From the NCBI GenBank assembly GCA_965199495.1, contig CBDASK010000003.1:3840001-3904000 (forward strand): DNA of 64,000 nucleotides, in the 5' to 3' direction. Under the pieces are notes generated by a model, which did not search any database, was not told the origin of the DNA, and saw nothing but the letters and a program-made list of their open reading frames with translations. The stretch comes from Abditibacterium sp. (GTDB lineage: Bacteria > Armatimonadota > Abditibacteriia > Abditibacteriales > Abditibacteriaceae). Positions 29,641-39,388 of the stretch are shown here, piece after piece (positions within the stretch are counted from its first letter, which is position 1; every line of letters starts with the position of its first letter). The translations under genes were made by a program, and so were the position numbers.

Positions 29641-30111
29641 ATGAATTCCGCTATTTCTTCTTCGCCACTTGCGCTCGACCGCGTGCGCGCGCAGTTCGAC
29701 TCGTTGCTACGCGCAACTGGCATTTCGCCCGACGCGCCCGATTTGAACGCGACATGGAACGCTTTTACTCAGTTCGCGCGGGTGGAAGTCGCTTGCGACG
29801 AAGAAAGTTTGTTTTTCGAGTGCGGCCCGTCTTCGACCGATGAAAGCCGCTTTTACGTGAATTTCACGCGCACGTTTTTCGGGCGCGACGCGGGCAATCA
29901 CTTTTGGTCGAGCGAATTGAACTGCGATTTTCTGTTTGAAAACACCGAAGATTTGGAAGTGTTGGGCGCGACCATTGAAGCCGAGGAATTCGACGAAAAC
30001 CCCAACGAGCGCGCCCGGTTTTTCGAGCAGGTCGCCAATCAGCAAAAGTTGTGGGATGCGTTGCAGGGCCGCCAAAGTCTGGCGACGACGATTTATTTTG
30101 GCGAATCGTAA
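29641..30111 (+). CDS. Acidic hypothetical protein
   Basis: 156-aa ORF with native codon usage, no motif recognised. Confidence 0.7.
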   Translation: MNSAISSSPLALDRVRAQFDSLLRATGISPDAPDLNATWNAFTQFARVEVACDEESLFFECGPSSTDESRFYVNFTRTFFGRDAGNHFWSSELNCDFLFENTEDLEVLGATIEAEEFDENPNERARFFEQVANQQKLWDALQGRQSLATTIYFGES

Positions 30112-30196
30112 AAAGAAAATTAGAAATTTGCCTTGACTGAATGGGCCGTGCGCGTTATCCTTTTTCTTCGCGTTGAGAAACGCATAGCGTTCGAGT

Positions 30197-30267
30197 GGCT
30201 CTGTGGCCGAGGGGTTAGGCACCGGTCTGCAAAACCGTTTACACCGGTTCGACTCCGGTCGGAGCCT
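30197..30267 (+). tRNA. tRNA-Cys (GCA)
   Basis: Acceptor ggctctg/cggagcc, anticodon loop ct-GCA-aa, T-loop gttcgactc; CCA not encoded. Confidence 0.95.
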
Positions 30268-30295
30268 TTTTGGAAATCCAAAAGGTTTCTAGTTT

Positions 30296-30367
30296 TGGGG
30301 AATGGCCAAATGGTAAGGCACCTGTCTCTGGATCAGGCGATTCTAGGTTCGAGTCCTAGTTCCCCAG
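30296..30367 (+). tRNA. tRNA-Gln (CTG)
   Basis: Acceptor tggggaa/ttcccca, anticodon loop ct-CTG-ga, T-arm ctagg-ttcgagt-cctag. Confidence 0.95.
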
Positions 30368-30380
30368 TTTTTATAATCTA

Positions 30381-30416
30381 AAAAACGCCCGCGATTTAAT
30401 TATCGCGGGCGTTTTT
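30381..30416. terminator. Bidirectional terminator between tRNAs and ankyrin gene
   Basis: aaaaacgcccgcgat-ttaatt-atcgcgggcgttttt. Confidence 0.8.
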
Positions 30417-31166
30417 ATTTGTATGTTTTTTGCTTAACGCGTTTTGAATTAAGCGAATAAAAGCTGGATTGCCGCCAGCTTTGGCCCATTTGAGCGCCGT
30501 GTTGCCGTTATCCGTGCGGGCGCGAACATCGGCGCCGCGTGCGAGCAGCATTTTGGCGTTGAGTAACGCATCTTCTTGATTATAAAATGAGAGTTGCGCG
30601 GCGTAAATAAGCGCGGTGTCACCCAATTTAGTGGCGACATTAACTTTGGCGCCGTGAGCCAGCAAAATTTTGACGCATTCAGGATTTGAGCAAAGCCCCT
30701 CGCAGGGATAAGCCACGGCGCGCATCAGAGCAGTTTCTCCGGCGTGATTTTGAAAGTTGATGCTGGAGCCTTTGGCAATTAACAATCGCACGGCTTCAGG
30801 ACTGCTGCCCGCCGCTTCCATGAGCGCCGTGTTGCCGTTGGCATCGGCCAGATTGACGTTGGGTTTGTAATTCAAGAACAGTTTCAATAAATCAGTTGAA
30901 TCCACGCCCGTCGTTTCGTCTTCCGGGCCGCCAATAAAACTGACGTTAATCAAAGCCGTGCTGCCTTCCGTATCGCGAGCGTTGACTGAGGCGCCGCGTT
31001 TGAGCAGCGACTTGGCGCGCTCCACATCGTTGTTGTTAATGGCCGCAAACAGCGCGTTATCGAGAACCTTTTGCGTCGGCGTGGCTGCAACTGGCGTCGC
31101 GACAACTGCAACGGACAAAAGCAACGCCACAATGGGCCAGAAAGCGAAAAATTTCTTTCTATTCAT
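30396..31166 (-). CDS. Secreted ankyrin-repeat protein
   Basis: Signal peptide then about 5 repeats of G.TAL..A...LL..GA.VN. Confidence 0.9.
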   Translation of the reverse strand: MNRKKFFAFWPIVALLLSVAVVATPVAATPTQKVLDNALFAAINNNDVERAKSLLKRGASVNARDTEGSTALINVSFIGGPEDETTGVDSTDLLKLFLNYKPNVNLADANGNTALMEAAGSSPEAVRLLIAKGSSINFQNHAGETALMRAVAYPCEGLCSNPECVKILLAHGAKVNVATKLGDTALIYAAQLSFYNQEDALLNAKMLLARGADVRARTDNGNTALKWAKAGGNPAFIRLIQNALSKKHTNKNARDN

Positions 31167-31272
31167 AATTTCAATTGATTTTATCATTTTGGTTTGATGA
31201 AAGTCTGAGCCATCTGTTTCTTCAATCTTTGTAAATGAGCAAAGTTGGCAACTCGCCGCTTAACAACGTAAA

Positions 31273-32862
31273 ATGAAAGGGCGCCGCGTCCGAAGTTTGG
31301 GCGCGCAAGCCTTTATGTTTAGAGCACAACGCACCGCTTCCATTGCCATTATGATGGCGCTCGACGCCGCCGCTCTGGTGCTGGCGTTTTTCATTGTCTG
31401 GCAATTGCGCGCCGGATTGGGCGAATTTCTCGTCGCGCTGGGCAAATTCTTTGGCGCCGATACCTCAAACTGGGTGCGGCGCGCGGCGCAAGTGCCCGTC
31501 GGCGATTACGATCTTACCAAAGTCATGATTTCGAGCAATCCGATGCTCAATATTTCGCGGCATATGTGGGTTCTCTATTTCTCGCTGCTGTCGTGGGGCG
31601 CGTTGCTCTATTTTCAAAAAGGCTACGATGTCGGCGTTTCGCGCGACGCGCGGCGCGAGTTCGCGTTGTGCGCCTACACCGGCTTTCTGGGCACGGTTTC
31701 GCTTTTGGCGTTCATGGCGCTGTTGCAATGGGAAACTTCGCGCTTGTTCCTCGTCGGCTTGCTGGTTGTGGGCGTGCTGATTATGTGGGCCACGCGCGTT
31801 ATCGTCGGGCCGATGGCGCGGCGCGCCTCGCGGCCCAAACGCAACATTTTGCTTATCGGTTCGCAGGATTCGGCGCAACGCTACAAAGCGATGCTCGGAA
31901 CTCCAGCTTATCAATGGAGCCGCCTCATCGGTTACGTGGACGAATCGCGTCCGTCGGCAAACGCCGCGATTGCCGACGAGTTTCTGGGCACCATCGAAGA
32001 GTTGCCCAAAATTTTGGACGAACAAATTATTGACGAAGTGATATTGGAACGCGCGACGCTGGAAAAAACTCAAAAACTCAATCAGGGCGACGTTTTGGAA
32101 CTCTGTTTGGAGCGCGGGCGCACCGTTTCTCTCGTGGACGACACGGCGCCGCCCGTCAACGCCAAAGTCGAGGCTTCGATGATGGGACAGATGCCGGTTT
32201 TGGTGATGCACAACACGCCGCAAAACCCGCTCGCGCTGGCGATTAAGAACGTGATGGATCGGGTGTTGGCGGCGATGATGTTAGTTGTTTTGGCACCCTT
32301 ATTTGCCGTTGTCGGGTTTCTCATCAAGATGCACGATGGTGGGCCGGTATTTTATTCGCAAAAGCGCGTTGGCTTGAACGGGCGCATTTTTAATTTCTAC
32401 AAGTTCCGTTCGATGGACGTAAACGCCTCGGAGATTTTGGAGAAACTCCGCATCGAAGACCGCGCCTATTACGATTCGATCAACGTGATGGAAGAGCCGT
32501 TTTTCAAGGCGCCCGACGACCAAGACCCGCGCATCACACCGATTGGCCGCTTCATTCGCAAGTATTCGATTGACGAGTTGCCGCAGTTTTGGAACGTCTT
32601 CAAAGGCGATATGAGTCTGGTCGGCCCGCGCCCGCCGTTGCCCAAAGAAGTCGCCGAACTGGCGCCGTGGCAACGTCGCAAATTGTCGGTCAAAGGCGGT
32701 TTAACTTGCATCTGGCAGGCGAGCGGGCGCAACGACATCAAAGAAACCGACGAATGGATGCGGATGGATTTGGAATATATCGACAACTGGAGTTTGTGGC
32801 TGGACGTGAAATTATTGTTCAAAACGGTGAAAACCGTCGTTAGAGCCAAAGGCGCCAGCTAA
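31273..32862 (+). CDS. Polyprenyl-phosphate glycosylphosphotransferase (WcaJ/CpsE-like priming sugar transferase)
   Basis: N-terminal TM helices, C-terminal KFRSM, DPRIT.IG.FIRK.SIDELPQFWNV.KGDMSLVGPRP, DLEYIDNWS. Confidence 0.94.
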   Translation: MKGRRVRSLGAQAFMFRAQRTASIAIMMALDAAALVLAFFIVWQLRAGLGEFLVALGKFFGADTSNWVRRAAQVPVGDYDLTKVMISSNPMLNISRHMWVLYFSLLSWGALLYFQKGYDVGVSRDARREFALCAYTGFLGTVSLLAFMALLQWETSRLFLVGLLVVGVLIMWATRVIVGPMARRASRPKRNILLIGSQDSAQRYKAMLGTPAYQWSRLIGYVDESRPSANAAIADEFLGTIEELPKILDEQIIDEVILERATLEKTQKLNQGDVLELCLERGRTVSLVDDTAPPVNAKVEASMMGQMPVLVMHNTPQNPLALAIKNVMDRVLAAMMLVVLAPLFAVVGFLIKMHDGGPVFYSQKRVGLNGRIFNFYKFRSMDVNASEILEKLRIEDRAYYDSINVMEEPFFKAPDDQDPRITPIGRFIRKYSIDELPQFWNVFKGDMSLVGPRPPLPKEVAELAPWQRRKLSVKGGLTCIWQASGRNDIKETDEWMRMDLEYIDNWSLWLDVKLLFKTVKTVVRAKGAS

Positions 32863-32877
32863 TTTGGAGGTGAAATC

Positions 32878-33144
32878 ATGGTAACTTTAGAAATCGCGGC
32901 TCCCGAATTTGTGCGTCGTTTTCAGGCGGGCGAAATTCCCGGCGACGCGCGCGTGACGGTCACCTACGAAGCCAACGAAAACGATGCGGCATTGGATATA
33001 ATTGAGCGCAGACTCGCCAAGGTGCCAACAGATGCAGCGGCAATCGAAGAAGCCGAAGATGAATTGCGCGAATTGTAATTAGCCCTCAACTCGACACGAC
33101 GCGCAGCGGGCGCGCGGATTTTATATCCCGATGTGATCGAATGA
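32878..33144 (+). pseudogene. Putative antitoxin interrupted by in-frame TAA (33076-33078)
   Basis: RBS ggaggtg; frame continues past TAA as LALNSTRRAAGARILYPDVIE to a TGA overlapping the toxin ATG (ATGA). Confidence 0.7.
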
Positions 33145-33608
33145 GCCTTTATATCGTGCTTGACACTGGGCCTTTAGGGATTGCCAGTAATCCTAAAGAG
33201 CCGCCGCTCACAGTCGAATTATTACAATGGGCCATGCGTCATATTCGTCAAGGTAATATATTTTTGGTGCCCGCAATGGCCGATTACGAAGTGCGGCGCG
33301 AGTTGACTCGTTTGGGGAAAACTGCGAGACTTCGCGAACTTGATCGGTGGAACGATATTCCCTCAGATCGCTATCTTCCGCTCTCGGATTCAGCCCTCAA
33401 GCGAGCCGCGACTTTGTGGGCACAGGTGCGTAATCAAGGATTGATAACCGCTGATCCCAAAGAACTCGATTGTGACGCGCTAATCGCGGCTCAGGCTTTG
33501 GAATATCAGGAGAGACATGGCCTTTCGGGTGACGAAATCGTTGTTGCGACCACGAACGTTGGCCATCTTTCGCGTTTCGTCAGAGCGGAATTGTGGTCGG
33601 ATATTTAA
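33141..33608 (+). CDS. PIN-domain (VapC-like) ribonuclease toxin
   Basis: IVLDTGPLG, DYEVRREL, AA.LWAQ.R..G, LDCDALIAAQ, VATTNVGHL. Confidence 0.88.
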   Translation: MSLYIVLDTGPLGIASNPKEPPLTVELLQWAMRHIRQGNIFLVPAMADYEVRRELTRLGKTARLRELDRWNDIPSDRYLPLSDSALKRAATLWAQVRNQGLITADPKELDCDALIAAQALEYQERHGLSGDEIVVATTNVGHLSRFVRAELWSDI

Positions 33609-33683
33609 AGCGAAATCGCGAAAAAACGACGTTTTCGCTGGTCGTTTACACTCGTGTTCCCAAATAAATCACTGCACTGGCGC

Positions 33684-33767
33684 CAATTGGAACTTGTGGC
33701 TCGACGTAAACTTGATGTTCAAGACCATAAAAACCGTCGCTAAAGCCAAAGGCGCCAACTAATTTGG
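33684..33767 (+). pseudogene. Diverged duplicate of the sugar-transferase 3' end
   Basis: 69/84 nt identical, ungapped, to 32784-32867; encodes NWNLWLDVNLMFKTIKTVAKAKGAN* versus NWSLWLDVKLLFKTVKTVVRAKGAS*. Confidence 0.85.
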
Positions 33768-33837
33768 TTTTTTAATTGTCCGCCGTCCGCGAATTTGGAG
33801 AAATGGCGCACTGCGCCAGCTCAATCATTTTTAACTC

Positions 33838-34896
33838 GTGAAATTAATTTCTCATCGCCCGCGCGTGGCCGTCATCGGCTACGGATTCTGGGGCCGCGCC
33901 GCGCATAGCCCTTTAATTCAAATGGCACCCGCTCTCGAACTGCGCGGAGTGGCTTCGTCCGACGCGGTCAAGCGCGCGCAAATCGAAAACGATTTGGATT
34001 GCCACGCCTATGCTTCGTTTGACGAAGTGATCGCCGACTCAAACGTTGATGTCGTCGTGTTAGCCACGCCGACGCACACTCATGCGCCGCTCGCGATTGC
34101 GGCTTTGAATGCGGGCAAGCACGTCGTGACCGATAAAGCGATGTGCCTGTCGCTCGCCGAATGCGACGCGATGATCGAGGCCGCGCGCACCAACGACAAA
34201 TTGCTGACGGTTTTTCAGAACCGGCGACGCGACGGCGATTTTCTGACAGTTCAAAAATTGATCGGCGACGGCGAGTTGGGCGAAGTCAACTGGATCGAAA
34301 TGGCGTGGCAGGGCTTTGGCCCGTGGGGCAGTTGGCGCGGCGAGCGCGCCAAAGGCGGCGGGCGCTTTTATGATTTGGGCGCGCACTTGATCGATCAATT
34401 GTTGGCGCTTTTTCCCGACCCAATTGAGAGCGTTTACTGCCGGATGCAACGCGATTTCGCCGATATGGACGTGGAAAGCGAGGCTTTGATTATCGTCAAC
34501 TTTGCCGGTGGCTCTACGGGGCGACCGCGCACCGGCATTTGCGATTTGTCGAGTTTGTGCGCGATTAGCAAACCGCGTTTTCTGGTGCATGGCAGCGCGG
34601 CGACGTTTTGCAAAAGCGGACTCGATCCGCAGGAAGACGCGCTCAAAGCGGGCGATATTGATGCGGCGGTCGAAGCGCCCGAAAATTATGGATTGCTGAA
34701 AAGCAACGCGGGCGAGCGCCGCGTGCCGACCCTACCGGGCCGTTGGCGCGATTTCTACGAAAATCTGGGCGCCGTCCTGACGCAGGGCGAGGCGCCGCTT
34801 GTGCCCATCGAAGATTCGCGCCGCGCCATGAGCGTGATTGACGCGGCGTTGCAAGCGGCCACAAGCGGCGAAGTCGTTCATTTTGATGTGCGATAG
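33838..34896 (+). CDS. Gfo/Idh/MocA-family oxidoreductase
   Basis: GYGFWG, ATP..H, GKHVV.DK, VFQNRR.DGDF, DLGAHLIDQ. Confidence 0.92.
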   Translation: MKLISHRPRVAVIGYGFWGRAAHSPLIQMAPALELRGVASSDAVKRAQIENDLDCHAYASFDEVIADSNVDVVVLATPTHTHAPLAIAALNAGKHVVTDKAMCLSLAECDAMIEAARTNDKLLTVFQNRRRDGDFLTVQKLIGDGELGEVNWIEMAWQGFGPWGSWRGERAKGGGRFYDLGAHLIDQLLALFPDPIESVYCRMQRDFADMDVESEALIIVNFAGGSTGRPRTGICDLSSLCAISKPRFLVHGSAATFCKSGLDPQEDALKAGDIDAAVEAPENYGLLKSNAGERRVPTLPGRWRDFYENLGAVLTQGEAPLVPIEDSRRAMSVIDAALQAATSGEVVHFDVR

Positions 34897-34944
34897 AAAC
34901 TATCGCTCTCCATTGTGAAAGGCTGTATTACAAAACGCCCGCGA

Positions 34945-35451
34945 TTAACGACGAATCGCGGGTGTTCTTGGTTTGGGCACTTGGGCTTCCAGCAGTTCGA
35001 TAATGCGATCTTGTTGCTGCAACAGTTGTTGGTTTTGCTGCACCAAAATTTGGTTTTGTGCGGTCTGCAAAACCATGAAACGCAGCATCGCTTCCGAGAC
35101 CGCTTGCGTGGCCTGATCGGCGGTCTGGGCTTGATTGCGCAACTGATAATAATCGTTCAGCAATTGCCCGATGGCGGCGCGCGCCAGTTCAGGCGTAGTC
35201 ACGGCCTGCCCGTAAGTCAGCAGCAAATTATCGGCGTTCTGAGTGCGCTCGGAGTTTTGGATGGATTGCGCCAGCGAGCCAGCCGTCACGGCCTGACCCG
35301 TTTGAATCGTGGGCGTTTGCGCGGCCAAATTGGGGTTGCGCGGGCCAACCGGTTGAGCCGTGGCTGTCGCCGACAGAGCAGCCACGCCGCCGCAGAGGAG
35401 CAAAAGTGTGGTAAGGCGCGGCGCAGAAAAACAAGAACGAGGGGAAAACAT
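34945..35451 (-). CDS. Secreted Gln-rich hypothetical protein
   Basis: Signal-peptide-like N-terminus (ATA-Q), QNQILVQQNQQLLQQQDRII coiled coil. Confidence 0.7.
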   Translation of the reverse strand: MFSPRSCFSAPRLTTLLLLCGGVAALSATATAQPVGPRNPNLAAQTPTIQTGQAVTAGSLAQSIQNSERTQNADNLLLTYGQAVTTPELARAAIGQLLNDYYQLRNQAQTADQATQAVSEAMLRFMVLQTAQNQILVQQNQQLLQQQDRIIELLEAQVPKPRTPAIRR

Positions 35452-35598
35452 AGTTGGAGCAGTTTGACCGTTGATAACCGAGTTTGAGGCAGTTTTAGCG
35501 AAATGTCTAATGCAAATCGTCAGCGTTATTCAAATTGCGCCGAAAGGAAGTTTCTGTGCTGTGATTAACTCTGCGTTTCCCTGTTGCAAATTCCCCTT

Positions 35599-36588
35599 AT
35601 GAACTCCGAATTTTTTCGCGATAAAAAATGTTTAGTGACCGGCGGCCTCGGTTTTATCGGCTCCAATCTGGCGCACGCCCTGTTAAAGGCGGGCGCGCAT
35701 GTTACCTTAGTGGATTCGCTGATTCCCGAATATGGCGGCAACTTGTTCAACGTCGAGGACATCGAATCGCAAATCCGCATTAATATCTCCGATGTGCGCG
35801 ACCGTTTCTCGATGCGCGCTTTGGTCAAAGACCAGGATTTCCTGTTCAATCTGGCGGGCCAGACTTCGCATCTCGATTCGATGCACAATCCCTACGCCGA
35901 TTTGGAAATTAACTGTCACGCGCAAATTTCGATTTTGGAAGCGTGCCGCCATTACAATCCCGATTTGAAATTGATTTTCGCTTCGACGCGCCAACTTTAT
36001 GGCAAGCCCGATTATCTGCCGGTTGACGAACAGCATCTCAAGCGGCCCGTGGATGTCAATGGCATCAACAAAATGGCGGGCGAATGGTATCACATTCTTT
36101 ATAATAACGTTTACGGCATCCGCTCGTGCGCCTTGCGCCTGACCAACACTTACGGCCCGCGCATGAGAGTGATGGACGCGCGCCAGACTTTTCTGGGCAT
36201 CTGGGTCAAACAGGCGATTGCGGGCGCGCCGTTCGAGGTCTGGGGCGGCGACCAACTGCGCGATTTCACTTATGTTGACGATTGCATCAGCGCGATGCTG
36301 TTGGCCGCGTGTAATCCCGCCGCCGATGGCCAGATTTTCAATCTGGGTGGCCAAAAACCGCTCGCCCTGCGCACGATGGCTGAATTGTTGATCGAAGAAA
36401 ACGAGGGGCGCGGCAGTTTTGAAATCAAAGAGTTTCCCGCCGAACGCAAAAAAATCGACATCGGCGATTACTACTGCGATTGGACGCTCATCAAAGAAAA
36501 ATTGGGCTGGCAGCCAAAAGTAGATGAGCGCGAAGGTTTGCGCAAAACGCTCGATTTCTATCGCGAAAATATCGCGCAATATTTGTGA
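35599..36588 (+). CDS. NAD-dependent epimerase/dehydratase
   Basis: TGGLGFIGS, NLAGQ, ASTRQ.YG, LRLTNTYGP, RDF.YVDD. Confidence 0.92.
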   Translation: MNSEFFRDKKCLVTGGLGFIGSNLAHALLKAGAHVTLVDSLIPEYGGNLFNVEDIESQIRINISDVRDRFSMRALVKDQDFLFNLAGQTSHLDSMHNPYADLEINCHAQISILEACRHYNPDLKLIFASTRQLYGKPDYLPVDEQHLKRPVDVNGINKMAGEWYHILYNNVYGIRSCALRLTNTYGPRMRVMDARQTFLGIWVKQAIAGAPFEVWGGDQLRDFTYVDDCISAMLLAACNPAADGQIFNLGGQKPLALRTMAELLIEENEGRGSFEIKEFPAERKKIDIGDYYCDWTLIKEKLGWQPKVDEREGLRKTLDFYRENIAQYL

Positions 36589-36769
36589 GGCGCCGAAACC
36601 CCCTCTGTCCTTACGGACATCTCCCCCTTCGTAAAGGGGAGAAAAATTGCGTTAGTTTCTGGCGTTAGTCGCGATTTTGAAGTCTCGAATACCGCATTAA
36701 ACTATCGCTCAATTTCTCCCCTTTACGAAGGGGGAGATGTCCGTAAGGACAGAGGGGGTTTCGGCGCCT
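36588..36769. repeat. Inverted-repeat element family E (CCCCCTCTGTCC..CATCTCCCCC..AAGGGGAGA)
   Basis: Perfect 57-bp arms 36588-36644 / 36713-36769. Confidence 0.9.
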
Positions 36770-36792
36770 TACAACTTCTAATTCTACTCCCC

Positions 36793-37938
36793 ATGATTCT
36801 TCAATCCAATCCGGGCGCGTCTTACTTCGCCCACAAAGTCGCCATTGATGCCGCCGTGCAAAGCTGTCTGGAAAGCCGCTGGTATATTCTGGGCGCGCAG
36901 GTCAAAACGTTCGAGGCCGAATTCTCGCAATTTCTGAACGGCGAGACCGAGGTTCAAACCGTCGGCGCTAATTCGGGCACTGACGCGCTCGAACTGGCAA
37001 TGCGCGCGCTCGAAATCGGGCCGGGCGACATCGTGTTCGCGCCCTCGCACACCGCCGTGGCGACTGTCACCGCCATTGATCTTGTGGGAGCCACGCCGCG
37101 TTACGTGGACATTGACCCGCGTTGTTATACAATGTCGGTTCACGATTTACGCGACGCGATCCAAGCCGCGCGCGCCGAAAATATCGGCGTTCCAAAAGCG
37201 ATTATCGCGGTTCATTTGTATGGGCAATCGGCGTATTTGTCGGAATTGACCCAAATCGCGCGCGAAAATAATCTTTATCTCATCGAAGATTGCGCGCAAT
37301 CGCATGGCGCGACGCATCACGGCCAAGTCACCGGAACCGTGGGCGAGGTCGCCGATTTTTCGTTTTATCCGACCAAAAATCTGGGCGCTTTGGGCGATGG
37401 TGGCGCCTTGGTTTCGCGCGACGCTGAAGTCGCTGAGCGCGCACGTTTGCTGCGCGAATACGGTTGGAAAGAGCGTTACGTTTCGCATTTGCGCGGCATG
37501 AACACGCGATTGGACGAACTGCAAGCCGCGATTTTGCGCGTCAAATTGCCGTATTTGGCGCGCGCCAACGCGCGGCGCGGCGAATTAGCGCAGATTTACA
37601 TGAATCAGTTAGGCGAAACCGGATTGGGTTTGCCGCACGTTTTTCCCGAAAACGGGCACGTCTGGCATCAATTCGTGGTGCGCGTGCCGCAAACATTTAA
37701 GGCGGGCAATCGCGACGATTTGCAAACACATCTCAAGGCGCAGAATATAGGCAGTCTGGTGCATTATCCCGTGCCGATTCATTTGCAACCGGCCTATGCC
37801 AACCACTTTACGCGTCCGTTGCCCCACACCGAAAGCGCCGCGCGCGAAGTTTTGAGTCTGCCGATTTATCCAGAACTCACCGACGACGAGGCCAGCCACG
37901 TCGCCCGCACGATTCGCGATTGGAGCGCGGGCGGTTGA
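36793..37938 (+). CDS. DegT/DnrJ/EryC1/StrS sugar aminotransferase
   Basis: NSGTDAL, VHLYG, IEDCAQSHG, SFYPTKNLGALGDGG, N.RLDELQAA. Confidence 0.95.
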   Translation: MILQSNPGASYFAHKVAIDAAVQSCLESRWYILGAQVKTFEAEFSQFLNGETEVQTVGANSGTDALELAMRALEIGPGDIVFAPSHTAVATVTAIDLVGATPRYVDIDPRCYTMSVHDLRDAIQAARAENIGVPKAIIAVHLYGQSAYLSELTQIARENNLYLIEDCAQSHGATHHGQVTGTVGEVADFSFYPTKNLGALGDGGALVSRDAEVAERARLLREYGWKERYVSHLRGMNTRLDELQAAILRVKLPYLARANARRGELAQIYMNQLGETGLGLPHVFPENGHVWHQFVVRVPQTFKAGNRDDLQTHLKAQNIGSLVHYPVPIHLQPAYANHFTRPLPHTESAAREVLSLPIYPELTDDEASHVARTIRDWSAGG

Positions 37939-38272
37939 TTTGATGCGTTCTTACTTTACCGCTTGCGGCTTGAAAAGGTAGCAAAGAAATCGGCGAAATG
38001 TCGCCCCGATTGCGCAACTGAATTTTCAGACCTTACCTGCGAGCGATGTCGCAAACCACGAGTTGGGCGCGCCAAAAGTTACTGCATCATTTGGGTTTTA
38101 ACGGTTACATACGGACTTATGACAAACGCATTCCGTTTTATAAACTCAACCATAAATATTTGGTGAGTTTTTGAAATCATTCTGCATTTCTTCTCATCCA
38201 CAAGGATAACTCCAAGATATAATATTTGAAGAACTTGTGCGTTGTCTTAACACTCGCTCGGAAACGTAGAAC

Positions 38273-39388
38273 ATGACAAAAATTCCCGACAAAACAACGC
38301 CAATCAAATCTATCAAGCATAGGTTAAGTCGGCGATTGTTGCCTCGGAAATGGCGGGAAAATGGCGCTCCCAATTTTAACCCCTTGCTGTTTGCCAAAAG
38401 GGCGATTCGAGTGGCAACCGTGCGAAAACTTTCTCCCGCCGGTTTCGTGCTGGAAACGCTGGAAGCTGGCGGCCCTGAACGTCTGAATGCGTGGATGGCC
38501 GACATTTCGGCGCGTTCGCGCGAATTGTCGGGCGTTGTCCCCTATGAGTTGAGCGTGGCGGCACAAATCATGGCGGCGGCGATGCCTTATCTTAAAAACG
38601 TGCCCCATTGCGCATTGCAAATGGGGTCGGGGCGTGTGCCCGGCTCCGACGTGGCTCTGTGTTTGGCGGGAGTAAAACAGGCGTGGAGCATTGAGCCTTA
38701 TCGCTCGTCGCGGCCCGACGTGTCCGCCATTCTGGCTGCTCTATGCGAACAGGTGCGCGCGGCCCATCCTTGGTATGCTTTGCGGGCGAGTTGTGGGGCT
38801 GTTTCGGTGCCCGCTTTGAACATCCCGGAATGCCGAGAATTAGATGAAAATCACTGGCAAATCGGTGAAAGCGAGTTGCGCCATTTCGCGGGTCGCACCG
38901 CAGAGGCGACGGGTTTGGCCGATGAATGCGCCGATTTCGTGTGGTCGTGCGCGGTATTTGAACATGTGGACGATCCTCAAGCGTGTTTGCGCGAAGCGTT
39001 TCGCCTGTTGCGGCCCGGTGGCGTGACGACGCACTTCATTGATCTACGGGATCACCGCGATTTCTCGCAGCCTTTGCGCTTTTTGCAGCAGTCGCACGAC
39101 GCCTGGCAAGAAACGCAACGCGTTCGCGCCACACCGCCGGGCGATTTTACCAATCGTTGGCGCGCTCCGCAGTGGGAGCGCGCGGCGCGCGAAGAAGGTT
39201 TTGAAATTCTGGAAGCACATTCACACGAATCGCTTTCTATCGAGCAGGTGCGTGCAGAACGCCCACGCTTAAGTCCGGAGTTCGAGAATTATAGCGATGA
39301 AGAACTTTCCGTGTTGACGCTTCATTTGACGCTACGCAAACCTGACAACTCATCTTTGGACTCACAACAAATTGAATTATCTCCATGA
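38273..39388 (+). CDS. Class I SAM-dependent methyltransferase
   Basis: LQMGSG, DFVWSCAVFEHV, RLLRPGG, IDLRDH, NRWR; start codon uncertain. Confidence 0.8.
   Translation: MTKIPDKTTPIKSIKHRLSRRLLPRKWRENGAPNFNPLLFAKRAIRVATVRKLSPAGFVLETLEAGGPERLNAWMADISARSRELSGVVPYELSVAAQIMAAAMPYLKNVPHCALQMGSGRVPGSDVALCLAGVKQAWSIEPYRSSRPDVSAILAALCEQVRAAHPWYALRASCGAVSVPALNIPECRELDENHWQIGESELRHFAGRTAEATGLADECADFVWSCAVFEHVDDPQACLREAFRLLRPGGVTTHFIDLRDHRDFSQPLRFLQQSHDAWQETQRVRATPPGDFTNRWRAPQWERAAREEGFEILEAHSHESLSIEQVRAERPRLSPEFENYSDEELSVLTLHLTLRKPDNSSLDSQQIELSP

Noticed and set aside
30197..30367. tRNA-anchored genomic island or prophage
   Set aside because: No integrase, and I found no duplicated tRNA 3' end in the window; same for tRNA-Met at 56933
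33076..33078. Selenocysteine or pyrrolysine recoding in the antitoxin
   Set aside because: The codon is TAA, not TGA or TAG
33517..33762. 81-aa ORF as a real gene
   Set aside because: Overlaps the toxin; only its last 25 codons are meaningful, as the duplicated sugar-transferase end
12902..34966. Hairpins as integron attC sites
   Set aside because: No consistent RYYYAAC/GTTRRRY ends, no tandem cassette array and no IntI
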